Virus record (IMG/VR): IMGVR_UViG_3300032242_001192
Coordinates: 8,166 to 72,165 of that record
Source: a virus
Reading direction: 5' to 3' (one strand)
Length of the DNA: 64,000 nucleotides
Positions 19,125 to 29,455 of this stretch are shown here, piece after piece. Below the pieces are notes generated by a model. That model was not told the origin of the DNA, searched no databases, and worked only from the letters and a program-made list of their open reading frames with translations. Made by a program: the position numbers and the translations under genes. Positions within the stretch are counted from its first letter, which is position 1. Each line of letters starts with the position of its first letter.

Positions 19125-21782
19125 ATGGCATTTCAGCTTTCACCCGGCGTATTAGTTACCGAAATCGACAACACCGCGGGTGTTCCTTCTGTAGCAACAA
19201 CTGCTGGAGCATTTTCGGGAGCCTTTCAATGGGGACCTGTTGAAGAAGTTACAACAATAGATACAGAGAAAAATCTAGTAACAAAATTTGGAAATCCTGA
19301 CGACACTACTGCAGGGTATTTCTTTACTGCAGCAAACTTTTTGTCTTATGGAAACAATCTAAAAATTGTTCGTGTTGCAGACAACGGCGTTGCAAGAAAC
19401 GCAGTTTCAACCCCATCGGGCAAAGTTACAGGCGTAACAATTTTAAATTCACCAAATACTTATACTACAGTTAATGACGTAGTTGTAAACTTTAGTGCAT
19501 CTCAGCGTGGCACTACTGCAACAGGTAATGCTATTATTTCCCCATATGGAAGATTGCAGGCAATTAATATGTCTGCCAGAGGATATGGATATAATGAGGC
19601 TCCGACTGTTCTTTTAAGTGGCGGAAATGGTACTGCGGTTAATACTGTCGCACTTAGTGCAGGACAATTACAAACAATTAGTGTATTATATGGCGGTAAT
19701 AATTATAGTAGTCTATCTAATGCTGTTATTAGTGGCGGCACAGGTGCAACAGCATCATTAGAAGTACATTACAAATTAAAAGACCTACAGATAAATTCTG
19801 GCGGTACAAACTATGGTCCTGCAACAACGGGTGCTAATATTCGTTTCTCAGGCAATTTAGTTGTAGGCGGTACACACGCTACAGCCACACTTGTAGTTAC
19901 AGGAAACGTAATTACGGGATATTCGATACTAACAAATGGTAATGGATATATAGGTGCTCCAAACGTAATCATTACTAGACTTGATGGTAATACAGGTAGT
20001 GCTGCATCATTTACAGCAAATCTAGGATATGGATATGTTAATACTGTAACAGTTACTGCAAATGGAACTTCTACTTTCACAGCTGCTCCAACAGTAACAC
20101 TAAATAAAAACAGTGCTACATATTCAAATATTAATGAAACTGCTATAGCATCTGCTCGCATCGCAGCACAGTTAGATTCTATAACTGTTGTACTTTCATC
20201 TGATAATTGGACAAGCACACCTTCAGTGCAAATAGTTCCTGCAACAAATGATGTAAATTATGTTACTAGTAATGCGATAGCAATTGCGTCTGTTGGTTAT
20301 TCACTTATTGGTGTAACTATGCAGAATCAAGGATCGGGATATACTTCTGCTCCTACTGTAGATATCAGAAATGGCGCAGGTCTAATAACAACAGCAACAC
20401 CAATTGTTGATTTTACTGCTCCACTAATAAAGAATACAGATAACTATATTTCCAATTATAGTTCAGGTGGATTAGCATATGGAGAATTTGCTGCTAAGTA
20501 TGCGGGTTCTTTAGGAAATTCAATTCTTGTATCTTACGCAGATAAAGATTCGTTTACAGGTTGGCAGTATGCTAGTCAGTTTAATTCTGCTCCTAGTAAA
20601 TCTGCATATGTTTCAGCAAGAGGTGGTGCTGACGATGAATTACATATCGTAGTAGTAGATGCAAACGGTTCATGGACAGGTACTGCTGGTTCTATCCTAG
20701 AAAAATTCTCATATGTATCTAAAGCATCTGATGCTAAGAACTCTGACAATTCTACAAACTACTATAAGGATGTGATTAATAATCAATCCAAGTATATTGT
20801 TTGGTTGAACCATAAAAATACAGATTGGGGTGGAGTATCTACAACAGACTTCACTACACTAACATCTAATGTAACGTATACATTGACAGGTGGTCGCGAC
20901 GGTAATCAAGTGTCCGCAGCTAATGTCCAAGCAGGTTATTCGTTGTTTAGTAACGATGAGTTGTATGACGTAAGTTTAATTCCTATGGGTCCAACAACAG
21001 ACGTTGGTGTAGTAAATACAGTTATTGGAATTGCTGAATCAAGAAGAGATTGTGTAGTGTTCGCATCTCCTCCATATACAAGTGTTGTTAATGCAACGAA
21101 CCAATCAACTAATATTATTTCTTACAGAAATCAATTAACAAATTCATCATTTGCTGTTTTAGATTCTGGTTGGAAATATCAGTATGATCGTTACAACGAT
21201 AAGTATCGTTATGTCCCATTGAATGGAGACGTCGCAGGCTTATCCGCAAGAACAGATTATATTGCTGATCCTTGGTTCTCTCCTGCAGGATATAACAGAG
21301 GCGTAATCAAGAATGTTGTTAAACTAGCATATTCTCCATCTAAGACAGACAGAGACGATCTATATAAAATAGGTATTAACCCAGTTGTTACGTTCCCAGG
21401 ACAAGGTACCTTGTTATTTGGTGACAAGACATTGTTAGCAAGACCTAGCGCATTTGATCGTATTAATGTTCGTAGATTGTTTATTGTTCTAGAGAAGGCA
21501 ATTTCTACAGCATCTAAATTCCAGTTGTTTGAATTCAACGATCCATTTACAAGAGCACAGTTTAGAAATCTTGTAGAACCATTCTTAAGAGATGTTCAAG
21601 GTCGTCGTGGTATTACAGACTTCAGAGTTGTGTGCGATGAAACAAATAACACTGCAGACATTGTAGATCGTAACGAATTTGTTGCGGATATTTACATTAA
21701 ACCTGCAAGAGCAATCAACTTTATTCAGTTGAATTTTGTGGCTACAAGAACAGGCGTTTCCTTCGAAGAAGTCGGCGCTTAA
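19125..21782 (+). CDS. gp18: Tail sheath protein gp18 with large internal insertion
   Basis: FQLSPGV, FQWGP, WFSPAGYNRG, FDRINVRRLF, FEFNDPFTR. Confidence 0.97.
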   Translation: MAFQLSPGVLVTEIDNTAGVPSVATTAGAFSGAFQWGPVEEVTTIDTEKNLVTKFGNPDDTTAGYFFTAANFLSYGNNLKIVRVADNGVARNAVSTPSGKVTGVTILNSPNTYTTVNDVVVNFSASQRGTTATGNAIISPYGRLQAINMSARGYGYNEAPTVLLSGGNGTAVNTVALSAGQLQTISVLYGGNNYSSLSNAVISGGTGATASLEVHYKLKDLQINSGGTNYGPATTGANIRFSGNLVVGGTHATATLVVTGNVITGYSILTNGNGYIGAPNVIITRLDGNTGSAASFTANLGYGYVNTVTVTANGTSTFTAAPTVTLNKNSATYSNINETAIASARIAAQLDSITVVLSSDNWTSTPSVQIVPATNDVNYVTSNAIAIASVGYSLIGVTMQNQGSGYTSAPTVDIRNGAGLITTATPIVDFTAPLIKNTDNYISNYSSGGLAYGEFAAKYAGSLGNSILVSYADKDSFTGWQYASQFNSAPSKSAYVSARGGADDELHIVVVDANGSWTGTAGSILEKFSYVSKASDAKNSDNSTNYYKDVINNQSKYIVWLNHKNTDWGGVSTTDFTTLTSNVTYTLTGGRDGNQVSAANVQAGYSLFSNDELYDVSLIPMGPTTDVGVVNTVIGIAESRRDCVVFASPPYTSVVNATNQSTNIISYRNQLTNSSFAVLDSGWKYQYDRYNDKYRYVPLNGDVAGLSARTDYIADPWFSPAGYNRGVIKNVVKLAYSPSKTDRDDLYKIGINPVVTFPGQGTLLFGDKTLLARPSAFDRINVRRLFIVLEKAISTASKFQLFEFNDPFTRAQFRNLVEPFLRDVQGRRGITDFRVVCDETNNTADIVDRNEFVADIYIKPARAINFIQLNFVATRTGVSFEEVGA

Positions 21783-21797
21783 TAGGAGTATAGAAAA

Positions 21798-22373
21798 ATG
21801 GCAATACCATTTAATGTAGAAAGATTTAAGTCGGAACTAACGAATGGTGGGGCACGTCCCAATCAGTTTGCGGTTCAATTGACATTTCCAAACTATGTCA
21901 CATCCAGAGCATCTGCTGTAACTAAGTCGCCATTCTTGGTAACTGTTGCAGAACTTCCTGGACAGACTATTGGAGTTACTCCTGTTTATTACCGTGGTCG
22001 TTTAATTAAAATGGCAGGTGATAGAGAGTTTGCTCCATTCCAAATTACAGTTCTAAACGATTCAGGATTTACAATTAGATCCGCTATTGAACAGTGGATG
22101 AACGGAATAGAAAATCTAGCAAATAAGACAGGTGCTTTACAGCCTGCAACTTATCAAACAGATATGTTTGTTTCTCAATTAGATCGCAATGGCGCAGTTC
22201 TGAAGCAATATAAATTAATAGGTGCATTCCCAGTCGATATCGGCGCAGTTGGATTGGATTTTGGTTCTAACGATCAATTATCAACATTCTCAGTTTCATT
22301 CCAATATCAAACTTTTGAATTTACAAATAATCCTGCAGCACAGTTAATCGACGCATTAACAACAATTGGTTAA
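21798..22373 (+). CDS. gp19: Tail tube protein gp19
   Basis: GGARPNQF, LPG, YRGR..AGDREF, QLDRNG. Confidence 0.96.
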   Translation: MAIPFNVERFKSELTNGGARPNQFAVQLTFPNYVTSRASAVTKSPFLVTVAELPGQTIGVTPVYYRGRLIKMAGDREFAPFQITVLNDSGFTIRSAIEQWMNGIENLANKTGALQPATYQTDMFVSQLDRNGAVLKQYKLIGAFPVDIGAVGLDFGSNDQLSTFSVSFQYQTFEFTNNPAAQLIDALTTIG

Positions 22374-22393
22374 TTTTATAAGTGATTTAAATT

Positions 22394-23968
22394 ATGGCAG
22401 TTAAACTATTTGGTTTTACCTTTGGTAAGGAAGAAGACCCCATTGATAGAAAAATGCAGGGGTTCGCTACACCTGTATCTGACGATGGAGCATCCACAGT
22501 ACAGGCAGGTGGATATTTTGGAACGTATGTTGATTTAGATGCAACCGCAAAATCTGAGTATGAATTAATTACCAGATATAGAGAAGCATCTTTATATGCG
22601 GATTGTGCGGGAGCAGTTGACGAAATTTTAACTGAGGCAATAGCAGCAGTTGATGATGAGGCAGCGGTACAAATTAATTTAGATCAGCTGGATATTCCAG
22701 AAGATATTAAAGATACAATTATTAATGAATTTGATTATCTATATAAATTAATAGATTTTAATGAAAAGGGAATGGATTATTTTAGACGTTGGTATATCGA
22801 CGGCAGAATATATCTTCAGAAAATAATTGATACTAAAAATCCAAAAAGAGGAATTTTAGAAACTCTAATTATTGATCCTAGAAAAATTAAAAAGATTCGT
22901 GAAGTTAAAAAAGAAAGAGATAAAGATTCAGGTATTGATATTATCAAATCTACTGAAGAGTTTTTCTTATATAATGAAAAAGGGATTACATATAACCAAG
23001 GTTATACAGCAACAACTGCTCCTAACTCTGGTATAAAAATTGCAACTGACGCTATTACATTCGTACCATCTGGATTAATGGATTTGGATAAGAATGTAGT
23101 GTTAGGTTATTTACATAAGGCTATTAAGCCTGTGAATCAATTAAAGATGATGGAAGATTCTTTAGTAATCTATAGATTAGCTAGAGCTCCTGAAAGAAGA
23201 ATATTTTATATTGATGTTGGTAATTTACCAAAGATTAAAGCCGAACAATATTTAAAAGATATTATGGCGAGATATCGTAACAAGATTGTATACGATTCAA
23301 ATACTGGTGAAGTTAGAGACGATAGAAAAATGATGACAATGCTTGAGGATTTCTGGCTACCAAGACGTGAAGGTGGTAAAGGTACAGAAATTACTACATT
23401 GCCAGGTGGAGAAAGTTTAGGGCAGATTGAGGATATCAATTATTTTCAGACTAAATTATATCAATCGTTAAATGTACCTATTTCAAGATTGCAGCCACAG
23501 ACAGGTATATCGTTTGGTAGAGCAACAGAGATAACAAGAGACGAATTAAAATTTGCTAAGTTTGTTGGAAGATTAAGAAAGAAGTTTAATGAGCTATTTC
23601 AAGATTTATTGAAAACTCAACTTATTTTAAAGGGTGTTATAACAGACAAAGATTGGAACCAAATTAAGGCAGGCATTCAATATAGATATGCGCAGGATCA
23701 GTATTTTGAAGAAATGAAAAATGCTGAGAATTTGAGAAACAGAATAGATTTATTGACACAGATGCAACCATTTGTAGGTGCATATTACAGTCAAGAATAT
23801 GTTATGAAAAATATCTTAAGAATGTCTGATAAGGAAATGCAAGCGATGAAGGCACAGATTGAGTCTGAACCTCCACCGCCGCAAGTAGGTATGCCGGGTA
23901 TGCCACCAGGTCAGATGCCTGCGGGGCAAGCTCCAGGAGCACCCGAAGGCTATACCCAACAAGGTTAA
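22394..23968 (+). CDS. gp20: Portal protein gp20
   Basis: RAPERRIFYIDVGNLPK, EDFWLPRREGGKGTEI. Confidence 0.98.
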   Translation: MAVKLFGFTFGKEEDPIDRKMQGFATPVSDDGASTVQAGGYFGTYVDLDATAKSEYELITRYREASLYADCAGAVDEILTEAIAAVDDEAAVQINLDQLDIPEDIKDTIINEFDYLYKLIDFNEKGMDYFRRWYIDGRIYLQKIIDTKNPKRGILETLIIDPRKIKKIREVKKERDKDSGIDIIKSTEEFFLYNEKGITYNQGYTATTAPNSGIKIATDAITFVPSGLMDLDKNVVLGYLHKAIKPVNQLKMMEDSLVIYRLARAPERRIFYIDVGNLPKIKAEQYLKDIMARYRNKIVYDSNTGEVRDDRKMMTMLEDFWLPRREGGKGTEITTLPGGESLGQIEDINYFQTKLYQSLNVPISRLQPQTGISFGRATEITRDELKFAKFVGRLRKKFNELFQDLLKTQLILKGVITDKDWNQIKAGIQYRYAQDQYFEEMKNAENLRNRIDLLTQMQPFVGAYYSQEYVMKNILRMSDKEMQAMKAQIESEPPPPQVGMPGMPPGQMPAGQAPGAPEGYTQQG

Positions 23969-23976
23969 TATAAATA
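23969..23976 (+). promoter_or_regulatory. T4-type late promoter
   Basis: TATAAATA right after the gp20 stop. Confidence 0.8.
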
Positions 23977-24001
23977 AATAATGATCAGTAAAGGAATAAT
24001 T

Positions 24002-24181
24002 ATGGAATCGACAGCAATACAACAAATGGTTGACAATATTATTTTAGGCAACCAACACGATGCGATTAAGAATTTTAATGATGCAATGGGTTTCAAATTA
24101 TCAGATGCACTTGATGCTAAGAAAACGGAAATTGCATCCTCAATAGGAAAAACGGAAGTAACCGACGATGAAACAGTTTAA
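24002..24181 (+). CDS. Prohead core protein (gp67-like)
   Basis: Small helical protein immediately after gp20; AAAGGA SD before ATG 24002. Confidence 0.65.
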   Translation: MESTAIQQMVDNIILGNQHDAIKNFNDAMGFKLSDALDAKKTEIASSIGKTEVTDDETV

Positions 24182-25088
24182 ATCTTTAAGAGAAGAAACT
24201 TTAGAAGAAAAATTAAAAGCATCGGATCCTGCTGGAACGTACATTCACGATTTTGTACATTCTGACAATCCTAAGTTTGCAGGTAAGTCTAAAGCTAAAC
24301 GTATTCAAATGGCTTTGGCTGCTTCTTATGCAGCTAAAGGTAAATCAAGAAACGAAGACGTTGAGCTGGATGAAGAAACAAAGACTATGAGTCGCGCTGC
24401 CAAAGGTGTAATGAAGTATGGCAAAGATGGTATGCAAGCTCTATCTAAGGCAGGCAAAGAAGGAAAGAACTTAGACAAGGTTCGTAGCAAATACAATAAG
24501 TATGATGAGTCCGTAGATGAAGGAATGATGGATGCCGTTAAAACAATGGCCAAGAAAGCAACTAAAGCTTTGACAGGCGGCTCAGATGAAGATCAATTAA
24601 AGAATTTACAAAAGAAGATGGGCGTGCCTCAAACAGGCAAGAAACCTACATCTGAAGAAACAGAATTAGACGAGGCGTCTTATTCAGCAAAAGCAGCTCG
24701 TGCAGGTAAAGACATTGGCAAGCCAGGAAAAAACTTTTCTAAGATTGCAAAAGATGCAGGTAAGCGTTATGGTTCTAAGGCAGCAGGTAATCGCGTAGCC
24801 GGAGCAATACTAGCAAAACTAAGAAAAGAAGAAACAGAATTAGATGAAGTTAATATGACTGCTCACATTAAGCGTCAAGCAACCAAATTAAGAATGAAAG
24901 CTGGTGGTATCAAAATAAACCAACCAACTACAAGAGCTCCTTTTCCGGCACCAACTTCTACAAGCGAAGGAACAGTTCAAGATGTTGCAGACGCTTCTAT
25001 GAATCTTATTGGACAAAGTGCAAGTGCTTTAAATAAAGTTACTAAAGGAAAAGATCCTAGTTCATTGGTTGGCAAGAAAACAAAATAA
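24168..25088 (+). CDS. Lys-rich internal head/prohead core protein with repeated (L/V)xE motifs
   Basis: MKQFKSLRE N-terminus; VELDEE, VDEG, ELDEA, ELDEV separate basic segments; lies between gp67 and gp21. Confidence 0.6.
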   Translation: MKQFKSLREETLEEKLKASDPAGTYIHDFVHSDNPKFAGKSKAKRIQMALAASYAAKGKSRNEDVELDEETKTMSRAAKGVMKYGKDGMQALSKAGKEGKNLDKVRSKYNKYDESVDEGMMDAVKTMAKKATKALTGGSDEDQLKNLQKKMGVPQTGKKPTSEETELDEASYSAKAARAGKDIGKPGKNFSKIAKDAGKRYGSKAAGNRVAGAILAKLRKEETELDEVNMTAHIKRQATKLRMKAGGIKINQPTTRAPFPAPTSTSEGTVQDVADASMNLIGQSASALNKVTKGKDPSSLVGKKTK

Positions 25089-25097
25089 GAGAATCAA

Positions 25098-25499
25098 ATG
25101 GCAGTAACAACAACTATTCTTAAAAATACAAGACAGCAAACTATAGTTAAGTTTGTTGGAGATGGTCAAGCTAATCTAACATACCTTGATGCTATGTATG
25201 CTGGCGATGTTATGGACATGCCAAATATTTCTATGCCAATTACTCAGTTAGCATGGTCTACATCTGACGCAAACTTTAATCCAATTTATATTAAGAGACC
25301 TTTTACTGCTACAGCGAATACTCATATTTTACATAGTGCAGATAATTGGTCATTGGCACAAGCATATGGAATAGCAGATACATCAAACGCAAGTTCAAAT
25401 ATTAATGTTATATTACCTGCAGGTGGAGCTACACTATACTTAACAATTTCTAAACCAGGTGGTTTCGTTGCACCTGATCTACAAGCTAATAGAAAATAA
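25098..25499 (+). CDS. Hypothetical virion protein
   Basis: ORF in the head cluster before gp21. Confidence 0.6.
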   Translation: MAVTTTILKNTRQQTIVKFVGDGQANLTYLDAMYAGDVMDMPNISMPITQLAWSTSDANFNPIYIKRPFTATANTHILHSADNWSLAQAYGIADTSNASSNINVILPAGGATLYLTISKPGGFVAPDLQANRK

Positions 25500-25512
25500 C
25501 TAAGAGAACTAT

Positions 25513-26163
25513 ATGAAACTAATTAAAGAAGTTGCACAGGATTTAAATTATCTTGTAGAAGCAAAAGAAGGTGGAGGAAAGAATGTCTATATCGAAGGCA
25601 TCTTTGCTCAGTCGGATACACCAAATAGAAACAAGCGTACATATGGTAAAGATATCATGGAACGTGAAGTTAGCAACTATCAAAAGTTAATTGGGGAAAA
25701 GCGTTCTTTAGGAGAGCTTGGTCATCCGGAGAATCCTTCTATCAACCTTCATCAGGTTTCCCACCTAATAACTAGCCTAAGAATGGAAGGCAAAGATGTT
25801 ATTGGTAGAGCAAAAATTTTAGAAACTCCAATGGGAGTTATTGCAAAGAATTTAATAGAAAATGAAGTTCGTTTGGGCGTATCTACAAGAGGCTTGGGAT
25901 CGTTAAAAATGAACTCTGAAGGTATCAATGAAGTGCAAGATGACTTTTATCTAGCAACAGTTGATATCGTCGCTGACCCGTCCGCCCCAGACGCCTTTGT
26001 GCAAGGAATAATGGAAAATGCAGAATGGGTGCTAGAGAATGGCGTATGGAAAGCGATGGATGTTGAAATTGCACAAAGACAAATCAAGAAGACTTCTGCT
26101 AAGAATTTAGACGAAGTTAAATTACAAATATTTGAAAAGTTTGTTAATCAATTGTCTAGGTAA
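25513..26163 (+). CDS. gp21: Prohead protease gp21
   Basis: LGELGHP, GVSTRGLGSL, DIVADPSAPDAFV. Confidence 0.97.
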   Translation: MKLIKEVAQDLNYLVEAKEGGGKNVYIEGIFAQSDTPNRNKRTYGKDIMEREVSNYQKLIGEKRSLGELGHPENPSINLHQVSHLITSLRMEGKDVIGRAKILETPMGVIAKNLIENEVRLGVSTRGLGSLKMNSEGINEVQDDFYLATVDIVADPSAPDAFVQGIMENAEWVLENGVWKAMDVEIAQRQIKKTSAKNLDEVKLQIFEKFVNQLSR

Positions 26164-26170
26164 CTAGAAT

Positions 26171-26178
26171 TATAAATA
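26171..26178 (+). promoter_or_regulatory. T4-type late promoter
   Basis: TATAAATA upstream of gp22. Confidence 0.85.
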
Positions 26179-26213
26179 TTGATTGAGAATATTCATACAT
26201 TTAGGAGACACTA

Positions 26214-27407
26214 ATGTCAGTAGAAAGTAAAGTTAAGGAATTGCTAAATCGCGTTTCTGAAAAGGCTTCATTAAATGAAGACTTAGGCCAACCGCGCCAA
26301 GGTGATTCGAAGGATGCCCCAAAGGCTGGCCAAATGGTTCCAACCAGCGGCAAGGATTCAACTCTTAGCCCAGCAAACTCTGGCGATCATAGTCAGCCTA
26401 AGCAGGGTGATTCAAAGGAAGCATCTTTTGAAACACGTGAAGGTTCTGATGATAACCAAGGAGCGAAAGTATCCGGCGGTATATCTAAGAACGATATCCA
26501 AATGAAGGGTCCTGTTGGTGCAGCACCAAACTTCACAACAACAAAAGATTTAAAACAGATTCCTCAGAACACAGGTATTCATATGCAACATGAAGATACT
26601 GAAGAAGATGAAAATCTAGAAGTTGTTGCAGAAGAAGAACAAGTGGAAGATGAAGAGACAACAGAAACTACTGTTGAACCTATTGATCTTTCTCCAATTT
26701 TCGGTGAAGATTTATCCGAAGATTTCAGACAAAAGGCAACATCCATTTTCGAGGCAGCAGTTATTGCTCGCGTAAATAACGAAATGGAAAAAGTTGCTGA
26801 GGCATTAGAAGAAAAATATGCTGAAGAATTTGCAGAATACAAAGACAGTATTGTAGAAAAAGTAGATGCATACATGAACTATGTGGTTGAAAGCTACATG
26901 GAAGAAAACAAATTAGCGATTGAAAATGGTCTTCGCACTGAGATTGCAGAAGATTTCATGTCGGGTCTAAAGGCGCTCTTCAAAGAACATTACATTGAAG
27001 TGCCTGAAGAAAAATATGATGTAATAGGTGAATTACAAGCTAAGGTAACAGAGTTGGAAGAAAGCTTAAATGCTCAGGTAGACAACAATGTGGGATTAAA
27101 TACCGAAGTAACAGATTTAAAGCGTTCTCTTATTATCAAGGAAATGTCTAGCGATCTAGCAGATACAGAAGTAAGTAAACTAACAAAACTTTTAGAAGGT
27201 GTTGATTTCGAAAATGCAGAAATCTACAAAGAAAAAGTTTCCGTTATTAAGGAAAATTATTTCCCTAAAGAGGCTGCTGCAAAAACAGCGAAAAAAGAGT
27301 CTCGCACATTGTTAGAAGACACAAGCATTGAGCCTAAGTTCACTGAAAGCAACGATGTTGTTTCAGCGTATGCAAGCGCCTTATCAAGAACAATCAAAAG
27401 AACATAA
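26214..27407 (+). CDS. gp22: Prohead scaffold protein gp22
   Basis: LSEDFRQKATSIFEAAV, VDAYMNYVVE, LKALFKEHYIEVPEEK. Confidence 0.95.
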   Translation: MSVESKVKELLNRVSEKASLNEDLGQPRQGDSKDAPKAGQMVPTSGKDSTLSPANSGDHSQPKQGDSKEASFETREGSDDNQGAKVSGGISKNDIQMKGPVGAAPNFTTTKDLKQIPQNTGIHMQHEDTEEDENLEVVAEEEQVEDEETTETTVEPIDLSPIFGEDLSEDFRQKATSIFEAAVIARVNNEMEKVAEALEEKYAEEFAEYKDSIVEKVDAYMNYVVESYMEENKLAIENGLRTEIAEDFMSGLKALFKEHYIEVPEEKYDVIGELQAKVTELEESLNAQVDNNVGLNTEVTDLKRSLIIKEMSSDLADTEVSKLTKLLEGVDFENAEIYKEKVSVIKENYFPKEAAAKTAKKESRTLLEDTSIEPKFTESNDVVSAYASALSRTIKRT

Positions 27408-27409
27408 CT

Positions 27410-27417
27410 TATAAATA
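27410..27417 (+). promoter_or_regulatory. T4-type late promoter
   Basis: TATAAATA upstream of gp23. Confidence 0.85.
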
Positions 27418-27455
27418 AATAAGTCCAATTTAAAAAGTCACTAAAGGAGACATAA

Positions 27456-28751
27456 ATGTTTTTATCCGAAAACATCCAAGAAAAATGGTCAGCCATTTTG
27501 GATCACGCAGATCTTCCACAGATCAAAGACAACTACAAGCGTCAAGTAACAGCAATTTTGCTTGAGAATCAAGAAAAGTCTTTACGCGAAGAGCGTCAAG
27601 CACTATTCGAAACACCAACAAACAACATCAGCGCAACATCTGGTATTGACAAGTATGACCCAATCCTAATCGGTTTGGTTCGTCGTGCTATGCCAAACCT
27701 AATGGCTTATGACATTTGCGGTGTACAACCAATGACAGGCCCAACAGGTTTGATCTTCGCAATGAGATCTCTATACCAAGGTTCTGGCGCAACAGGTCGT
27801 TCTGATACTACGAATCGTCGTGAGGCATTGTTCAACGAAGCCAACACAGCGTTCTCTAGCTCATTCACTGATGCTACAGGCAACAACCCAGTAAGCGGTA
27901 CTTATAATACTGGTAACGCTACAACAACAGGCTCAATGGAAGGTCAAACAGACTTTGCTGAGATGTCATTCTCAATTGACAAGACAACAGTAACTGCTAA
28001 GTCACGTGCTTTAAAGGCAGAGTACACTGTTGAATTGGCACAAGACTTAAAAGCAATTCACGGTCTTGATGCAGAAGCAGAATTATCAAACATCTTGTCA
28101 CAAGAATTCATGTTTGAAATCAACAGAGAAATCGTTAGAACAATCTACAAGGTTGCTAAGAACGGTTCTCCAGCAACAGCAACAGCAGGTACATTTGACC
28201 TAGACGTTGACTCTAACGGTCGCTGGTCTGTTGAGCGTTTCAAAGGTCTATTGTTCAACATTGAACGTGATGCTAACCACATTGCACAAGATACTCGTAG
28301 AGGAAAAGGTAACTTCATCGTTTGTTCTGCAGACGTTGCAAGTGCATTAGCTATGTCTGGTGTTCTAGACTATACTCCAGCTCTATCGACAAACTTAAAT
28401 GTTGACGATACAGGCAACACATTCGCAGGTGTATTGAACGGTCGTTTCCGTGTTTACATTGATCCATATTCTGCAAACCTAGGTGCAGCAAACCAGTTCT
28501 ACATGGTCGGTTATAAGGGTACTAGCCCATATGACGCAGGTATGTTCTATTGCCCATATGTACCACTGCAAATGGTTCGTGCTATCGACCCTAACAGCTT
28601 CCAGCCAAAGATCGGCTTCAAGACACGTTATGGTTTGATTGCTAACCCATATGTAACATCTGCAGATGGTTTATCAGATGCAGACGCAGACAAATTCACA
28701 TCAGCTCGCAACCAATATTATCGCAAGACTAAGGTTGTGAACTTAATGTAA
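27456..28751 (+). CDS. gp23: Major capsid protein gp23
   Basis: GVQPMTGPTGLIFAMR, ELAQDLKAIHGLDAEAEL, FQPKIGFKTRYG. Confidence 0.99.
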   Translation: MFLSENIQEKWSAILDHADLPQIKDNYKRQVTAILLENQEKSLREERQALFETPTNNISATSGIDKYDPILIGLVRRAMPNLMAYDICGVQPMTGPTGLIFAMRSLYQGSGATGRSDTTNRREALFNEANTAFSSSFTDATGNNPVSGTYNTGNATTTGSMEGQTDFAEMSFSIDKTTVTAKSRALKAEYTVELAQDLKAIHGLDAEAELSNILSQEFMFEINREIVRTIYKVAKNGSPATATAGTFDLDVDSNGRWSVERFKGLLFNIERDANHIAQDTRRGKGNFIVCSADVASALAMSGVLDYTPALSTNLNVDDTGNTFAGVLNGRFRVYIDPYSANLGAANQFYMVGYKGTSPYDAGMFYCPYVPLQMVRAIDPNSFQPKIGFKTRYGLIANPYVTSADGLSDADADKFTSARNQYYRKTKVVNLM

Positions 28752-28780
28752 TTAAGTAGCCGACAAAGATCGGAATTTAA

Positions 28781-28805
28781 AGGGGGAAGCAATTCCCCCT
28801 TTTTT
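28781..28805 (+). terminator. Rho-independent terminator after gp23
   Basis: AGGGGGAA-GCAA-TTCCCCCT followed by a T run. Confidence 0.93.
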
Positions 28806-28820
28806 AACCTTTGTAACGGC

Positions 28821-28828
28821 TATAAATA
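28821..28828 (+). promoter_or_regulatory. T4-type late promoter
   Basis: TATAAATA upstream of gp3. Confidence 0.85.
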
Positions 28829-28850
28829 TATAAGATGAAAGAGAGAATAA

Positions 28851-29438
28851 ATGTCATATACAGCAAACATTAGTTATATACAAGATAGTTTGGTTAAATC
28901 CCATACTACTAGTTATGATTTCTTAAGACCGAATGCATTCAAATTCAGTATTAAGGATTTGCCAAGGACATCGTTTTCGTGTCAATCTGCAAACATACCT
29001 GATTTGCAATTAGGGTTTGCAACACAACCAACTCCATTTTCGGACGTACCGACTATAGGAGACAAATTGAACTTTGGTGAGTTTACTATTCGGTTTATTA
29101 TTGCGGAGGATATGTCCAATTATATAGAAATGTATCGTTGGTTAGTTGCTTTGGGTTTCCCGGACAATTACAAACAGTTCCAAACATTCACAAAAGATAG
29201 ACCAAGTAGATTTCCATTTGTAACAAAATCAAGTGGAAAAGAAGAAGTTTTGGCTTACTCGGATGGAGTATTGACTATTCTCGACTCGACAAACACGCCT
29301 AAAGTAAATATAATATTTAAAAACCTGTTCCCAACATCTTTACAGGCCTTAGATTTTGACATATCGTCAGCAACCGTAGAATATTTTACCGCGATCGCAT
29401 CGTTCAAATATACTATTTTCGAAGTAGAACCTTTATAA
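28851..29438 (+). CDS. gp3: Tail tube terminator/completion protein gp3
   Basis: CQSANIP, GDKLNFGEFTIRFIIAEDMSNYIEMYRWL, LFPTSL. Confidence 0.9.
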   Translation: MSYTANISYIQDSLVKSHTTSYDFLRPNAFKFSIKDLPRTSFSCQSANIPDLQLGFATQPTPFSDVPTIGDKLNFGEFTIRFIIAEDMSNYIEMYRWLVALGFPDNYKQFQTFTKDRPSRFPFVTKSSGKEEVLAYSDGVLTILDSTNTPKVNIIFKNLFPTSLQALDFDISSATVEYFTAIASFKYTIFEVEPL

Positions 29439-29455
29439 TATAACTTGGAGTTATT

